DNA of 48,013 nucleotides, taken from a virus (taxonomy: Duplodnaviria > Caudoviricetes). Made by a program: the position numbers and the translations under genes. Numbering within the stretch: position 1 is the stretch's first letter; every line of letters begins with the position of its first letter. Below, one piece after another: positions 18,182-28,290 of the stretch. Below the pieces are notes generated by a model that saw only the letters and a program-made list of their open reading frames with translations, was not told where the DNA came from and ran no database searches. The stretch is from the IMG/VR virus record IMGVR_UViG_3300044477_000015, positions 1 through 48,013 of that record; one strand, 5' to 3'.

Positions 18182-18538
18182 CTATTCTTGTTTCGATAAC
18201 CAGGTTTTAATTGCGCCCACGATAATCTTAACAGCACCTTCGAAAAGGATCTTTTCGCCTTCATCGTCTAACCCTGGTATGTCCACAAGGCTATCGATTA
18301 AAGCGGCTGCAATTTCTTCTACCCCTTCGATATCTTTTTCCTTAGCGGCCTCAACAAGGGCGTTCAGGTTTAATTTAATTTCATCGGGAACAGTGATTTT
18401 ACTGTCGACAAAGCTGTCAACAACATTGAGTACTACACGAGCGGCGATACCGTCCACAAGTTCAAGAATACCTTTCGCATCAATAGCGTCATCAATAACG
18501 CCTGCGATAAACTTTCTGTTTTCGTCATTTAAAATCAT
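18182..18538 (-). CDS. Hypothetical acidic protein after the lysis genes
   Basis: ORF; own TATATTTG box at 18573-18580. Confidence 0.6.
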   Translation of the reverse strand: MILNDENRKFIAGVIDDAIDAKGILELVDGIAARVVLNVVDSFVDSKITVPDEIKLNLNALVEAAKEKDIEGVEEIAAALIDSLVDIPGLDDEGEKILFEGAVKIIVGAIKTWLSKQE

Positions 18539-18580
18539 AGCTATGAATTTATTGGTTAATGAAAAGTGATTACAAATATA

Positions 18581-18808
18581 TTACTTTTTAGTTAGTTGCG
18601 CAATTCCGGTTATAGTCGTTCCTACGGTTATCATATAGGTACCTGCACTCACTAAACCTACTGGTAAACTAATGGGTATAGATACTATTAGCGTACCAAA
18701 ACCAAGAACACACGCGCCAATAATCTGTACACGTCTCCAAAATGGGTTTACATCCTTAACTCCAGATGCTCTTTCCTTTAATTCTTTAACAAATTCGGTT
18801 GTTTTCAT
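18581..18808 (-). CDS. Putative holin (2 TM)
   Basis: PFWRRVQ followed by two hydrophobic helices; adjacent to the endolysin. Confidence 0.6.
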   Translation of the reverse strand: MKTTEFVKELKERASGVKDVNPFWRRVQIIGACVLGFGTLIVSIPISLPVGLVSAGTYMITVGTTITGIAQLTKK

Positions 18809-19227
18809 ACTTTAAATGTGTTTATGATTTCTGTTGGTTCCTGACTATTGCCAGGTTTATAAGGATTAGCCCGTATTTCGATATGACAATGAGGCGCTTT
18901 TGATAGACCTGTATTTCCCATAATGCCTACAAAGTCACCGGGTTTTAAACGTAGCCCTATACGAATATTTAGTTCAATGCTGTCCAAATGAGCAAGCACC
19001 ATAAATAAGCCATTGTCAAGCTTTATCCATACGCGGTTACCAAAGGTTTCGGAAAAACCAGTTACGGCAACTACACCATCTAATGGAGTGCAAACAAGCG
19101 GTTTAACACTCTTGCTACTTACGTCTATTCCCGGATGAAATTGTTTTTTACCTGGATTGAAAGGGTCAGTTCTCCATCCATAACCACTGCTTATATACCC
19201 ATCTTTTATTGGCTTAACTGCTTCCAT
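18805..19227 (-). CDS. M23-family peptidase endolysin
   Basis: ISSGYGWR.DP, HPGID, AHL, GNTGLS..PHCHIE. Confidence 0.9.
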   Translation of the reverse strand: MEAVKPIKDGYISSGYGWRTDPFNPGKKQFHPGIDVSSKSVKPLVCTPLDGVVAVTGFSETFGNRVWIKLDNGLFMVLAHLDSIELNIRIGLRLKPGDFVGIMGNTGLSKAPHCHIEIRANPYKPGNSQEPTEIINTFKV

Positions 19228-19436
19228 TATTTAAGATTTATAATGATTAAAGACGCGCAAATAGTGAATAAAAATGTGATAATTATTGAAACGGTCCACG
19301 AAGGCCGTCCAAGCAGCTTATCTTTTATTTCTCTAATATCTTCAAGAATTTTGCAAATATGCTGTTCTTGATTATCTATGCGAGTTTCAAGCTTTATAAT
19401 GCGTTCTTTATCGGTCATTTCGTCGGCGTTTTTCAT
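19227..19436 (-). CDS. Coiled-coil plus C-terminal TM protein (XhlA/holin-like)
   Basis: ERIIKLETR coiled coil, C-terminal TM, lysis context. Confidence 0.55.
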   Translation of the reverse strand: MKNADEMTDKERIIKLETRIDNQEQHICKILEDIREIKDKLLGRPSWTVSIIITFLFTICASLIIINLK

Positions 19437-19483
19437 TGCTAATTTAATTATTTATGTGCATGTAAAAGTTATTTGTTAGATAA

Positions 19484-19840
19484 TTATTTAAAGAATCTCC
19501 ATAAATTCAAAAACCACTCGAAGCAATATCCGTACACCAGCCACCATACGCAAAAAAGTACAGGGAATGATAAGAACAGCTCTGAATACGCGTAAGCTGG
19601 CCCAAAGGCAAATAATAAACAGATATTGAGCGTCCAGCACGTATGCCACAAATCCCGAAACATGGCCACGAAAGGCCTGATAAAAAAGTTCTTCGGCTCG
19701 GGACTGGTAACCAATGGATCAATCCACGCTTTGCCTTTGAACCGCGCAAAACACGAACTATTAAACATGCCAGGTACTTTAATTGTGTCAGCTATTGATT
19801 TAAAAAATGCGAATAGTACGATGATAAATATTGTCATCAT
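19484..19840 (-). CDS. Hypothetical membrane protein
   Basis: Hydrophobic segments, FRDLWH motif. Confidence 0.55.
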   Translation of the reverse strand: MMTIFIIVLFAFFKSIADTIKVPGMFNSSCFARFKGKAWIDPLVTSPEPKNFFIRPFVAMFRDLWHTCWTLNICLLFAFGPAYAYSELFLSFPVLFCVWWLVYGYCFEWFLNLWRFFK

Positions 19841-19950
19841 GATGCAGATGTTTTAATTGGATCAGGCGGCGGAACGACCTGATTGTCGTCTTTCTGGCAA
19901 CTTACTAAAAATGTAGCCGCAATTGCGAGAATGATAATTAGCTTTTTCAT
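19837..19950 (-). CDS. Tiny lipoprotein (37 aa)
   Basis: Manual translation MKKLIIILAIAATFLVS-CQKDDNQVVPPPDPIKTSAS; ATGA-coupled to the next gene. Confidence 0.65.
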   Translation of the reverse strand: MKKLIIILAIAATFLVSCQKDDNQVVPPPDPIKTSAS

Positions 19951-19953
19951 AGT

Positions 19954-22482
19954 TTAATCTCCTATATAATTTATATTTAAATTTCCATACACCACAGTCG
20001 CATCAACACTACTTCCGTTATTATGCCTACATCTTAAATCAAGGTCAACAGGTACCGTCGTAACGTTAATTATTCCGGTTCGCCCCATATCTCCTATATC
20101 TCCGCCGATAGTTATTTTTCTTTCCGCATGGCATTGATTTTGTTCAACACCTCCAAGGAAAGGTACAATCGCAACAGTGGTATTGCTTAGGTTTACCGAA
20201 AGAGAAGTTCCCCAACTAACTGAATAACGGCCTATTTTTGTGATCGTTATCTTATCATTAGTTTGATCTGACGTACAGTTTGACGACTCCCCATTTGTTG
20301 CAAAATGGGTCATTTTAGTATAAGACGAACCTGTTGCGATTGTTTGTGCGGTTGACGCGTCTGCAACGTATATTGAGGCGTATGTGCCTTTGTATTTAAT
20401 GTATTCAGTTCCTATTTTTGTAGATAAAGCATCATTGTCCGTTAATTCAAAATACGGATTTCCGTTATTTGCATTAAAAATTAAAATAGTATCACCTGCG
20501 GCGTAGTAAGTTATCGTTCCGTTGTTATCGACACTCATTGAATCTTCATTATTTTCAAAAATTCGCGTAATCCCAAATGGCCTTACCTTCCAAACTTGCG
20601 CCGCCGCAATCTCTCTCTTCATCTGAGATTTGGTTACGAGGTGTGATTCGCCTGTTAACGTCGTGTCGTTTGGATATAAATAGTAAATACCTGTACCATC
20701 TATTCTTAAAGGCGGTACAGGCGTTGGAGAATCTAAGCTCATGGTAATGCCAGATTCGCCATCTATCCAGATATACGCTTCCGTATTTCTACTTTCATTT
20801 GTCGCACTTAAGTATATATACTTACTTGTACTTAATTCGATTGAATCTGATTGACCGCCCAGTTTCACGGTATTCCCATCCATATACACCCCATCTGAGG
20901 CTGTGATGGTTGAGCCTGTTGATGCCGTACTCATACTAGTTCCGTCGTTGAACTTTAATGTGTCAACACGGGCTATTTGGGTTGAGATGGAATCGGCGGT
21001 TAATAAACTGTCTATTTCAACTGTGCTTTTGAATCTGTATGGGTTTTGAACTTCTACGGTTTGCGGGATATTGAGAAGGTTTAAGTGGTATTTAGCAATA
21101 AACATATCGCGTGTACCAGAATTGGAATTAACTAATGAATCTGTAGGAGTGAAAAATATTTTACTTGAAGTGTAATCGCCAATTACTATAGCGTCATTGT
21201 TTTTATCAATAACAGATGTTTCTCCAGTATCATTGCCAGTTCCGCCTACAGATATAAGCCCAACTAAATTGTTGCTTGATGTGTGTATGATTGCGAAAGC
21301 ATCAGCCGTATTAAGAGGTGTGATTGTTTTATTCCTAAATGTTAAAGTTGCGCCATATTGTCCGGCAGCTATAAAATATCCATTTTGAAAGTTAGCGCGG
21401 TAAAGGTAATCATTCTCGGTACTTCCGGCTGTATTAAACCATTGCAATGTCCCGTCGTGTTTGTACTTGGCAAAGAAAATATCATTTTTGCCATTGGTGG
21501 TTTTGTTTACACCGGTTTTCTTCGACAGGGTTCCATTGGGTAAAGAGTCTACTACCAATATGTTGCTGGCAAAATGCCCTCCAACATAAAAATAGCCTTT
21601 GTTATCTACTGAACAGGAATAAAGCTGGTCATTCCCCGTTCCGGCAGCTTTCATTATCCACTTGCTTTCCAGATTGAAATCCAGTTTATAGACGTACATA
21701 TCCAGCGATGCGTTATTGCAAGTATATGTGCCTAAATCAGTGATTAAATCCCCTTTAAAATGTCCGGTTAGATAGTATCCGCTGGCATCTGTATCAAACG
21801 TATATATGCGTGAAACATTAAATGTTGCTTCAAATTTTTTTGCCTTAATTAGAGCACCAGTTGTGTCAAGTTGAGCAAAAAATAGCCCTACTGCTTGAGT
21901 AGTAATAAGTGTAGTATCCTTTACAGATGTTCCTAATTTTAACTCAGATTCAAAAAGTCCTCCAATTATCAAATGGTTATTTTTGTCAATTTTAATTTCT
22001 GTAGGTCTTTGTACAGTGTTGCCTGAGGCGCTTGCAATATTCTTTATCCATATCAAATTTCCGTTTTGTTTGTATTTAGCTAAAAAACCATCAATACTAC
22101 CTGTACTTGTTAACGAAAAATCTTCTGCGGATGCTGTTTGTTGAAAAGTGCCTGTAATATAGATATATTCATCGTCTGGGGTAATGGCAATTCCAAGAGG
22201 AGTATCATCTAAAGGACCTCCAATTTGTCGTGTCCACAGAATAGAACCACTTTTGTCGTATTTTGTAATGAAAATATCGTTAGCTCCTTTTGAGTTTAGA
22301 TTGGAGGGAAGGTCTATTGCTGAATTAAAAACCCCAATGATGTATATATTGTCTTTAGAATCAATGGCAGATTTACCTGCAATATTATTTCCTGTTCCTG
22401 TAAAATTACTTTTCCACAATAAATCCTGTCCACTTGCCACAAGTGAAATCGTTATTGCAATTAAAAATAAAAGTGTTTTCAT
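19954..22482 (-). CDS. Signal-peptide beta-propeller (SBBP-like repeat) protein with fibre-like C-terminus
   Basis: MKTLLFLIAITISLVASG-Q; repeated D.FI.KYD..G...W....G blades; beta-rich C-terminal domain; tail-fibre locus. Confidence 0.7.
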   Translation of the reverse strand: MKTLLFLIAITISLVASGQDLLWKSNFTGTGNNIAGKSAIDSKDNIYIIGVFNSAIDLPSNLNSKGANDIFITKYDKSGSILWTRQIGGPLDDTPLGIAITPDDEYIYITGTFQQTASAEDFSLTSTGSIDGFLAKYKQNGNLIWIKNIASASGNTVQRPTEIKIDKNNHLIIGGLFESELKLGTSVKDTTLITTQAVGLFFAQLDTTGALIKAKKFEATFNVSRIYTFDTDASGYYLTGHFKGDLITDLGTYTCNNASLDMYVYKLDFNLESKWIMKAAGTGNDQLYSCSVDNKGYFYVGGHFASNILVVDSLPNGTLSKKTGVNKTTNGKNDIFFAKYKHDGTLQWFNTAGSTENDYLYRANFQNGYFIAAGQYGATLTFRNKTITPLNTADAFAIIHTSSNNLVGLISVGGTGNDTGETSVIDKNNDAIVIGDYTSSKIFFTPTDSLVNSNSGTRDMFIAKYHLNLLNIPQTVEVQNPYRFKSTVEIDSLLTADSISTQIARVDTLKFNDGTSMSTASTGSTITASDGVYMDGNTVKLGGQSDSIELSTSKYIYLSATNESRNTEAYIWIDGESGITMSLDSPTPVPPLRIDGTGIYYLYPNDTTLTGESHLVTKSQMKREIAAAQVWKVRPFGITRIFENNEDSMSVDNNGTITYYAAGDTILIFNANNGNPYFELTDNDALSTKIGTEYIKYKGTYASIYVADASTAQTIATGSSYTKMTHFATNGESSNCTSDQTNDKITITKIGRYSVSWGTSLSVNLSNTTVAIVPFLGGVEQNQCHAERKITIGGDIGDMGRTGIINVTTVPVDLDLRCRHNNGSSVDATVVYGNLNINYIGD

Positions 22483-22483
22483 A

Positions 22484-23398
22484 TTATAATTGATTAGTGA
22501 TTGAATTTTTAAAGTATTTTAAGAATAGTCGGTATGAATTCCGGTTAATGATGACCCAGTATATTGTTTCTAGATCTATGCCGATTTCAAAAGACTGGGC
22601 AAAATTGATTGAGGCGTTTGTAATATTCTTGCCATAGTCAATGTAAATGGCATTAATGTCTGAAAGAATGTTAAGGTTTTCTCCCAAGTGCTTGTGACCT
22701 AAAGAATCTTTGAGAACAAACCGACTTATAAATATTCCGTCGTCGGAAAATATGTTACCTACCGATATTTTAAGCGTATCATTTGGCGGGATTGGGTAGT
22801 ATCCAAGAAAGTTTTCAGATTGTAAGGTTCTAACATCTGTCCTCAACGGCGCAATCGAATCATGTATATCTTTCCTTGCCTGGCTTTTGCTGATATAACG
22901 CGATGTATCAGAATTAAGCATATAAGAACCGGCGGGTTGATAGGTAGTATTATCGTAGGTAATTGTTGTACCTGATGCTTTTACAAAACCGGTGCCGGAT
23001 AGCTGGGGTTGCTTTGTTGCTATTTGATTGTGAAGTTTAATCGTATCAGTAATTTTAAGATACGTTTGCGCCGCGTGATATTGAGTTTCCAACACATCCA
23101 CCGTATCACCGTAATCAAACTTTGTACTTAATGCCAGTTTTAGCATATTTACCGTATCCCTAAAAGCCCGCAATGTCGTAAGAGAATCAGTAAACGTGTA
23201 AATATTCTGAACTACCAAAGCCTGATTTCGTACTTGTGCCTGACAAATCTGATTAGTAGTTCTGTTTACAAAATAGAATAAATTACCGTTAGTGGCTAAA
23301 GTATCTATTCGCGCAGTTGATTTGCCGTTTTTAAAGATAAACTGGGAATATCCTGAAATGGATATGCTGAGAAATATGAGTATTAAGAGTTTTTTCAT
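22484..23398 (-). CDS. Signal-peptide-bearing tail-fibre-like protein
   Basis: MKKLLILIFLSISISGYS-Q; fibre-like segment KQPQLSGTGFVKASGTTITYDNTTY. Confidence 0.55.
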   Translation of the reverse strand: MKKLLILIFLSISISGYSQFIFKNGKSTARIDTLATNGNLFYFVNRTTNQICQAQVRNQALVVQNIYTFTDSLTTLRAFRDTVNMLKLALSTKFDYGDTVDVLETQYHAAQTYLKITDTIKLHNQIATKQPQLSGTGFVKASGTTITYDNTTYQPAGSYMLNSDTSRYISKSQARKDIHDSIAPLRTDVRTLQSENFLGYYPIPPNDTLKISVGNIFSDDGIFISRFVLKDSLGHKHLGENLNILSDINAIYIDYGKNITNASINFAQSFEIGIDLETIYWVIINRNSYRLFLKYFKNSITNQL

Positions 23399-23427
23399 AC
23401 TTATTTTATTAATGTAAATATACATTT

Positions 23428-23844
23428 TTATGTAAAAAGAATAACAAAATAATCAATAGTACCCGCGTCAATGGATTCAACTGTAAAACGTTCCACGTAC
23501 TTACTAACATTTGATAATCCAAGCTCGTAGCCTTTAGAAAAAACAACAATATAATTCACTGTTGAAAGTGGCGCGCTAACCCCTCCCACTTTAAAAATAA
23601 CTTCGTTGGTACCATTGACTACATTAGCAGTACCCGCCCTTACAATTGACTTACTAAGCATGTATTTTGCAAGATTCTCAAAAGTAATATACCTGTCAGG
23701 ATTTGCATCACCTTCGAGAACCGCGTAAAATTTAAGCAACCCAGGTTCTGTAATTTCCAGTTGTTGCAATATATTAGAAGTTTCTCCGGGCGGATCAAAT
23801 ATAACCGGGTAGTCAACCCCTCCAATTGTTACGTGTGCTGCCAT
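23428..23844 (-). CDS. Putative tail/fibre-associated protein
   Basis: Beta-rich C-terminus; position after the spike gene. Confidence 0.45.
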   Translation of the reverse strand: MAAHVTIGGVDYPVIFDPPGETSNILQQLEITEPGLLKFYAVLEGDANPDRYITFENLAKYMLSKSIVRAGTANVVNGTNEVIFKVGGVSAPLSTVNYIVVFSKGYELGLSNVSKYVERFTVESIDAGTIDYFVILFT

Positions 23845-24338
23845 TATGATGTTTTTATATTGTTAATTTTTGCCTGACTTATGTCAATTGTAGTATCTGT
23901 TTTTAAGTAAGTGCCACCCACACCGGTAATACCTGTTTGAATTTTACTGAGCTCGGTATTTATTTTACTTTTAAAAGACTGTAATTCGTCGTCCAACTTT
24001 TGAAATCGTACTGCATTATCTGCGTTGCCTCCAATTTCACAGGTGCCGTTTTTCTTAATGTGAATAGAATAAACTTCAGTTCCTCCATCGTTTTCAGCGT
24101 ATAATCGTAATTCACCTGGTTGCGCGGTTGCCCGTTCAAAAAGAATACCAAGCAATATACGATTTTCAGCACTTTCAGTACGTGCCCAAATGCCTCGGTA
24201 ACCATCGATAGGATTTGAATCTATCCCAAAAGGTTGCACGCTGCTTACTGTCTGTACATCTTTTGAGCCAAACCCAAGGACCTTAATGATAAGCCTCCCT
24301 TTTACGATCGCAGTACTTATGACTTTCGTTAATCTCAT
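23844..24338 (-). CDS. Baseplate spike (Mu gp45/gpV-like)
   Basis: QPFGIDSNP and PGELRLY motifs. Confidence 0.75.
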   Translation of the reverse strand: MRLTKVISTAIVKGRLIIKVLGFGSKDVQTVSSVQPFGIDSNPIDGYRGIWARTESAENRILLGILFERATAQPGELRLYAENDGGTEVYSIHIKKNGTCEIGGNADNAVRFQKLDDELQSFKSKINTELSKIQTGITGVGGTYLKTDTTIDISQAKINNIKTS

Positions 24339-25372
24339 TCGAATACTATTTTAGGGGCCTCACCCGAATAACACTCAGGTAACACGCATTTTAAACTTGC
24401 TTTTATGCCCTCATTATTTCCCGTATAAGTTACTGATTCTACAAAGAACCGTGTACGACGGGGTAAATAATTAGAGGGACTTTGCACGTCAATTAGGTTA
24501 TTCGGCTGAATAATTTTAACCGTTTTGCCGTCGGTCCATTTATACCGGTCTGTTTCAATAGTTAAGGTAATTCCACGCAATTCAGAACCTCGTACCATTT
24601 TAGCGGCATTGGCAGTATCATCGTTTTCGCCGCTATCTTGTTTCTTTACCGTAGGCCTGTAAGCTTTAACCAAGTCGTTCTTTATTGTTTCTTCGCCCGC
24701 TACATCGGTTCCCGTAGAAGCCTCCTTTTGCGTGCTTATTGCGCTGTGAAAACCTTGGCCGTTTACACTTAATTTAATTGAGGTACTTGGCATGCCTTCA
24801 ATGTAAGTAGCGACCGATTGGCCTTCACGTATTCGTGTAAGAACTACATTACCATGCTCGTTATGAGTAAGAACTACGTTTTTGTTTTTACACAGTTTTA
24901 CAAAGAAATCCTTAATTTTTTCGTCTGGTTCGGCTGCAATGGTATCAATCTTTTTATTTATCTCAGCTTCAACAGACGAATCAACTACAAGCGCAAGCCC
25001 GAAAGGTTTTATAAGTTTTTCAACTATTTCACGAACGCTCATATTGTCAAATTGAAGCGGGTAAACATCCAAGGGAATTTCACAATCTTCAAGAACTCCC
25101 GGCAACGAATAACCGCTAATACCATTCAAACTTATAGTGTTTTCCACGCCGGTACTGGTATTTAAAAGTGTGCCCGTAAGCAGTTTTTGAGCACCAAAAA
25201 GTACCTCGCAGCGATGGAAAGAAAGCGGCATAAATAGCCGTTTTTGATCGGGTGTAATGGTAAGTCCTTCAAAAGAAAATGTCGAGCCCAAACTATTATA
25301 CACAAGGTTTAGCTTGAAATCATTCCAGTACTTAAAGTGTTGACCTTGTATTTTTAGGCTAAGCTCGCTCAT
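24335..25372 (-). CDS. Baseplate hub (Mu gp44/gpP-like)
   Basis: W..F.L...S.FSF, GVLEDC, LIKPFGL, HNEHGNVVLTR. Confidence 0.8.
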   Translation of the reverse strand: MSELSLKIQGQHFKYWNDFKLNLVYNSLGSTFSFEGLTITPDQKRLFMPLSFHRCEVLFGAQKLLTGTLLNTSTGVENTISLNGISGYSLPGVLEDCEIPLDVYPLQFDNMSVREIVEKLIKPFGLALVVDSSVEAEINKKIDTIAAEPDEKIKDFFVKLCKNKNVVLTHNEHGNVVLTRIREGQSVATYIEGMPSTSIKLSVNGQGFHSAISTQKEASTGTDVAGEETIKNDLVKAYRPTVKKQDSGENDDTANAAKMVRGSELRGITLTIETDRYKWTDGKTVKIIQPNNLIDVQSPSNYLPRRTRFFVESVTYTGNNEGIKASLKCVLPECYSGEAPKIVFE

Positions 25373-25379
25373 TTTTCAT

Positions 25380-25607
25380 TTATTCAGCTGGTGAAAAATC
25401 CAAAAAGTATTCTTTACCTTGTTCAAAAGCGTTTGAGGCTTCAGTTTCGTAAGAAATATACATTTGCACATTTCCGCTTGGAGTGTACTTTGCAAATGAT
25501 TTGTTTTCTTCGCTACCAGAAACTACAGCGGAAAATGAAACTACTTTTTGTTCATAAGTTGGTTGATCTTCAATACCAACACACACGAATTTTGCTCTTA
25601 CTTTCAT
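25380..25607 (-). CDS. Hypothetical phage protein
   Basis: VRAKF.C...ENKSFAKYTPSG...GKEYFLDF. Confidence 0.6.
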   Translation of the reverse strand: MKVRAKFVCVGIEDQPTYEQKVVSFSAVVSGSEENKSFAKYTPSGNVQMYISYETEASNAFEQGKEYFLDFSPAE

Positions 25608-25623
25608 AATAATTAATTAAAGG

Positions 25624-26844
25624 TTAAACATAGTAAATTATTTTACGACCCTTTGGAATGCTTAACATTTCGCGAAGTCCGATATTATTTGTACGTATAA
25701 ATTTATTAATATTTTCATCATTAGGATCCAACCCGTAAAAACGATGGGTAAGCAGGATTAAATTGGTGTCATAATCAACTACGTATTCCCGTTCCTGTTT
25801 GGCCTCAAATGCAATGGCGAATAAGTTATTAACAGCGTAATTAACAGCCTCGTTGAGCGCGCTCATATTTGCATAATCAGGGATATACGAGGTATTAGAA
25901 TCCGCTCTATCTGTTTGCATACCATCCAACCTGGTTAACAGCGTACCATATAACGCCGCTATCCGTGCCTGAATTGTAAGTACCATATTACGAGTTTCGT
26001 AATCATCGGTTATATTGGTAGACGAACTGAGAAGGATTCCCCCTATCATTATGCCTGAAATCGTCTCAAATTCAAATTTACTTTCTCTGGTACCGTCAAA
26101 TGAGGTAAACAGCAAGTTTAACGCTTCCTCATAGGTATTAATACGGCTGTTAATTTTCTGTTCAATAGTGGCCGGGTAATTGATGAGCGCGGTTAATGCT
26201 CTGATTACTGCCAGTGGGTCTGCAGTTGCGGCCTCAATTTCTACGAGTGTGTTATTTACCAGCTTCTTAAATTCCAGTAGTTCGCTATCAACTCCAATTA
26301 TCTTACTGAAAATGTTATCCAATCCATTTACCAACGTTTTTTTCTTTGAAGTCTTAACCGTTGCAGCCGGTGAACTGGTGTATAATTGTTCTTGTACGGC
26401 GTTTGCAGCCACAACCGATTGGCTTATTTTGTCCTCAATAATCGGCAAACTTACAGGATAAACGGTTGAAATAGTCTCTATAACATCAACATTGAATTTA
26501 CTGCAATTGAGCTGCGTATTGTCCTGATTAAGTGAGAGCGGTTGACATACAAAGGTTCCGTAAAATGGGTGTTGAACGGTCCATGGTTTTGTATTCCGCG
26601 CGGAAACCTCAAACTTATTACCGTCTGTTATGGCATTTTCGCCGTCAAAATAAAATTCTAAGCCGTGCTTTGCGCCCTTGGGTTTTTGGCGAAGGGCTAG
26701 CGTACCCTCAACATTTACAAACTCAAACAAAGAAGCGTTGTACTCAATTGAACGAGCCGCGTTTTTCCATTTAGGCGTGTACTTCTTACCGTCGCCCGTG
26801 GTTATGGTGAAAATAATGCTTTCTATATTGGTTTGCCAGCTCAT
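25624..26844 (-). CDS. Mu gpN-like DNA circularization/tail protein
   Basis: MSWQ N-terminus, HPFYG, C-terminal LysM-like LLTHRFYG...NNI. Confidence 0.75.
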   Translation of the reverse strand: MSWQTNIESIIFTITTGDGKKYTPKWKNAARSIEYNASLFEFVNVEGTLALRQKPKGAKHGLEFYFDGENAITDGNKFEVSARNTKPWTVQHPFYGTFVCQPLSLNQDNTQLNCSKFNVDVIETISTVYPVSLPIIEDKISQSVVAANAVQEQLYTSSPAATVKTSKKKTLVNGLDNIFSKIIGVDSELLEFKKLVNNTLVEIEAATADPLAVIRALTALINYPATIEQKINSRINTYEEALNLLFTSFDGTRESKFEFETISGIMIGGILLSSSTNITDDYETRNMVLTIQARIAALYGTLLTRLDGMQTDRADSNTSYIPDYANMSALNEAVNYAVNNLFAIAFEAKQEREYVVDYDTNLILLTHRFYGLDPNDENINKFIRTNNIGLREMLSIPKGRKIIYYV

Positions 26845-27575
26845 AAGTATTTATTAAGTCGTTTACGCGCGTTACGAAGGTATAAAGATTCTTGCTTTAA
26901 ATAGCTTTTTTCACCCGCTGGTTTCATAAATGGACGTGCTTTAAGCCGTAGCATTCTGTTATTTTCATAATCAGCTATTGGAGTAGCATTAACTTTTACC
27001 ACGTTATTTGCTCCAAGGTAAATAGAATTGATAAGAAAAACAGTTTGCCCGCTTTTACTATCCCAAATAAGCAGTTTACCCAGCCTATGAGCCATTATTG
27101 CAGCTGCAACAAAGTTACTTTTACGTGAATGTCTTTTAACATTCGCATGATCGCCCCGTATTTTTTCAAACTTGTTATAATACTTAGCACCCTGAACCAT
27201 TCGTTTATTCGAGTTACCACGGGCTTGCTTCATATATACCAGTGGTTTCTTTTTACCACCTCCAAATTCTTGTAATGAAAGATCTTTAGCACTTTCGGCT
27301 CCGTCTCCTTTAGGACTTATTCCAACCTGCGAATACATGGCGTTGACATTCCATCCGTCCGCTTTTTTAACGCCTGATTGAGAACGCAAAAACGATTTAT
27401 TACGACGAACAAACTTGCTTCTAAATTCTTGTTCAAGCGTGTTTTTCTTTACATCAAACGCAGTATCGTTAAGCGTTTGGCGAATCACAATAGGTAAATC
27501 AGAACGGTGCATTTGCCGCAATGTATTCGTATAATCACGAACCTGCTTATTATTTATATCTAAGAAATTAGGCAT
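26841..27575 (-). CDS. Basic tail completion protein (gpZ/HK97 gp10-like)
   Basis: IRQTLNDTAF, ARPFMKPA. Confidence 0.55.
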   Translation of the reverse strand: MPNFLDINNKQVRDYTNTLRQMHRSDLPIVIRQTLNDTAFDVKKNTLEQEFRSKFVRRNKSFLRSQSGVKKADGWNVNAMYSQVGISPKGDGAESAKDLSLQEFGGGKKKPLVYMKQARGNSNKRMVQGAKYYNKFEKIRGDHANVKRHSRKSNFVAAAIMAHRLGKLLIWDSKSGQTVFLINSIYLGANNVVKVNATPIADYENNRMLRLKARPFMKPAGEKSYLKQESLYLRNARKRLNKYL

Positions 27576-28290
27576 AATTGGTAAATACTAAGTTTGAACC
27601 GTTTACAAGGTAAGCATTAGGGCCGCTAACCATAGCCATATCACCGGTATTTGCGTACGTAAGTTGAAGCATAGCCACGGTATTAACCGGTTTTAATGAA
27701 AGTACAAGTTTTCTAAATGTAACCACCAAGGCCGGACTAACCGTTCCTGTAATTATAAATACTCCGAGCGGCGAACTTACATCGTACAACTCATTTACAT
27801 GCGCGCAATTGGCTATAATATCCTGCGATACACCTCCCATTTCTGTATCGTCTCCATGCTGCGTATCATCCGCGTGCTGAAAAGCAGTACCTACAATCAT
27901 ATCAGGATCGGTATTTTCGGTAACTGTTACGTCAAAACCTGCTAATTGTAATTGATATTCGATGTACCGGTAATTTTGACGGTTTAAGAAACTGCCAGGA
28001 TATTGGTATTTTCGTAAAATTAACGCCTTCCGGGTGCTAAGGTTTAAATATTGTGATTGAACCGGTAATCCTAAGCGTCTTTCCCATTCGGTTGCGTCAT
28101 CGGCTGTAAAATTGGCATTATCTGGCAAAATACGGCATAAGGTACCAAAGGCAAAATTATACGCGCGCACCTCCGAGGCGGCAAGGCCTTTAATAAGCTT
28201 TTCAAATACACCACTTGCGGGTACTTTCCAAGCCCTGCCAGTTGGTAACAGCTTTTTGGTAAGTTTTAATATGTCGTTTACCTCAATCAT
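27568..28290 (-). CDS. Baseplate wedge protein (Mu gp48/YmfQ-like)
   Basis: LLPTGRAW, EWERRLGLP, LKPVNT. Confidence 0.85.
   Translation of the reverse strand: MIEVNDILKLTKKLLPTGRAWKVPASGVFEKLIKGLAASEVRAYNFAFGTLCRILPDNANFTADDATEWERRLGLPVQSQYLNLSTRKALILRKYQYPGSFLNRQNYRYIEYQLQLAGFDVTVTENTDPDMIVGTAFQHADDTQHGDDTEMGGVSQDIIANCAHVNELYDVSSPLGVFIITGTVSPALVVTFRKLVLSLKPVNTVAMLQLTYANTGDMAMVSGPNAYLVNGSNLVFTNYA

Noticed and set aside
19954-23844. Diversity-generating retroelement or invertible fibre cassette
   Set aside because: No reverse transcriptase, invertase or template/variable repeat pair was seen.
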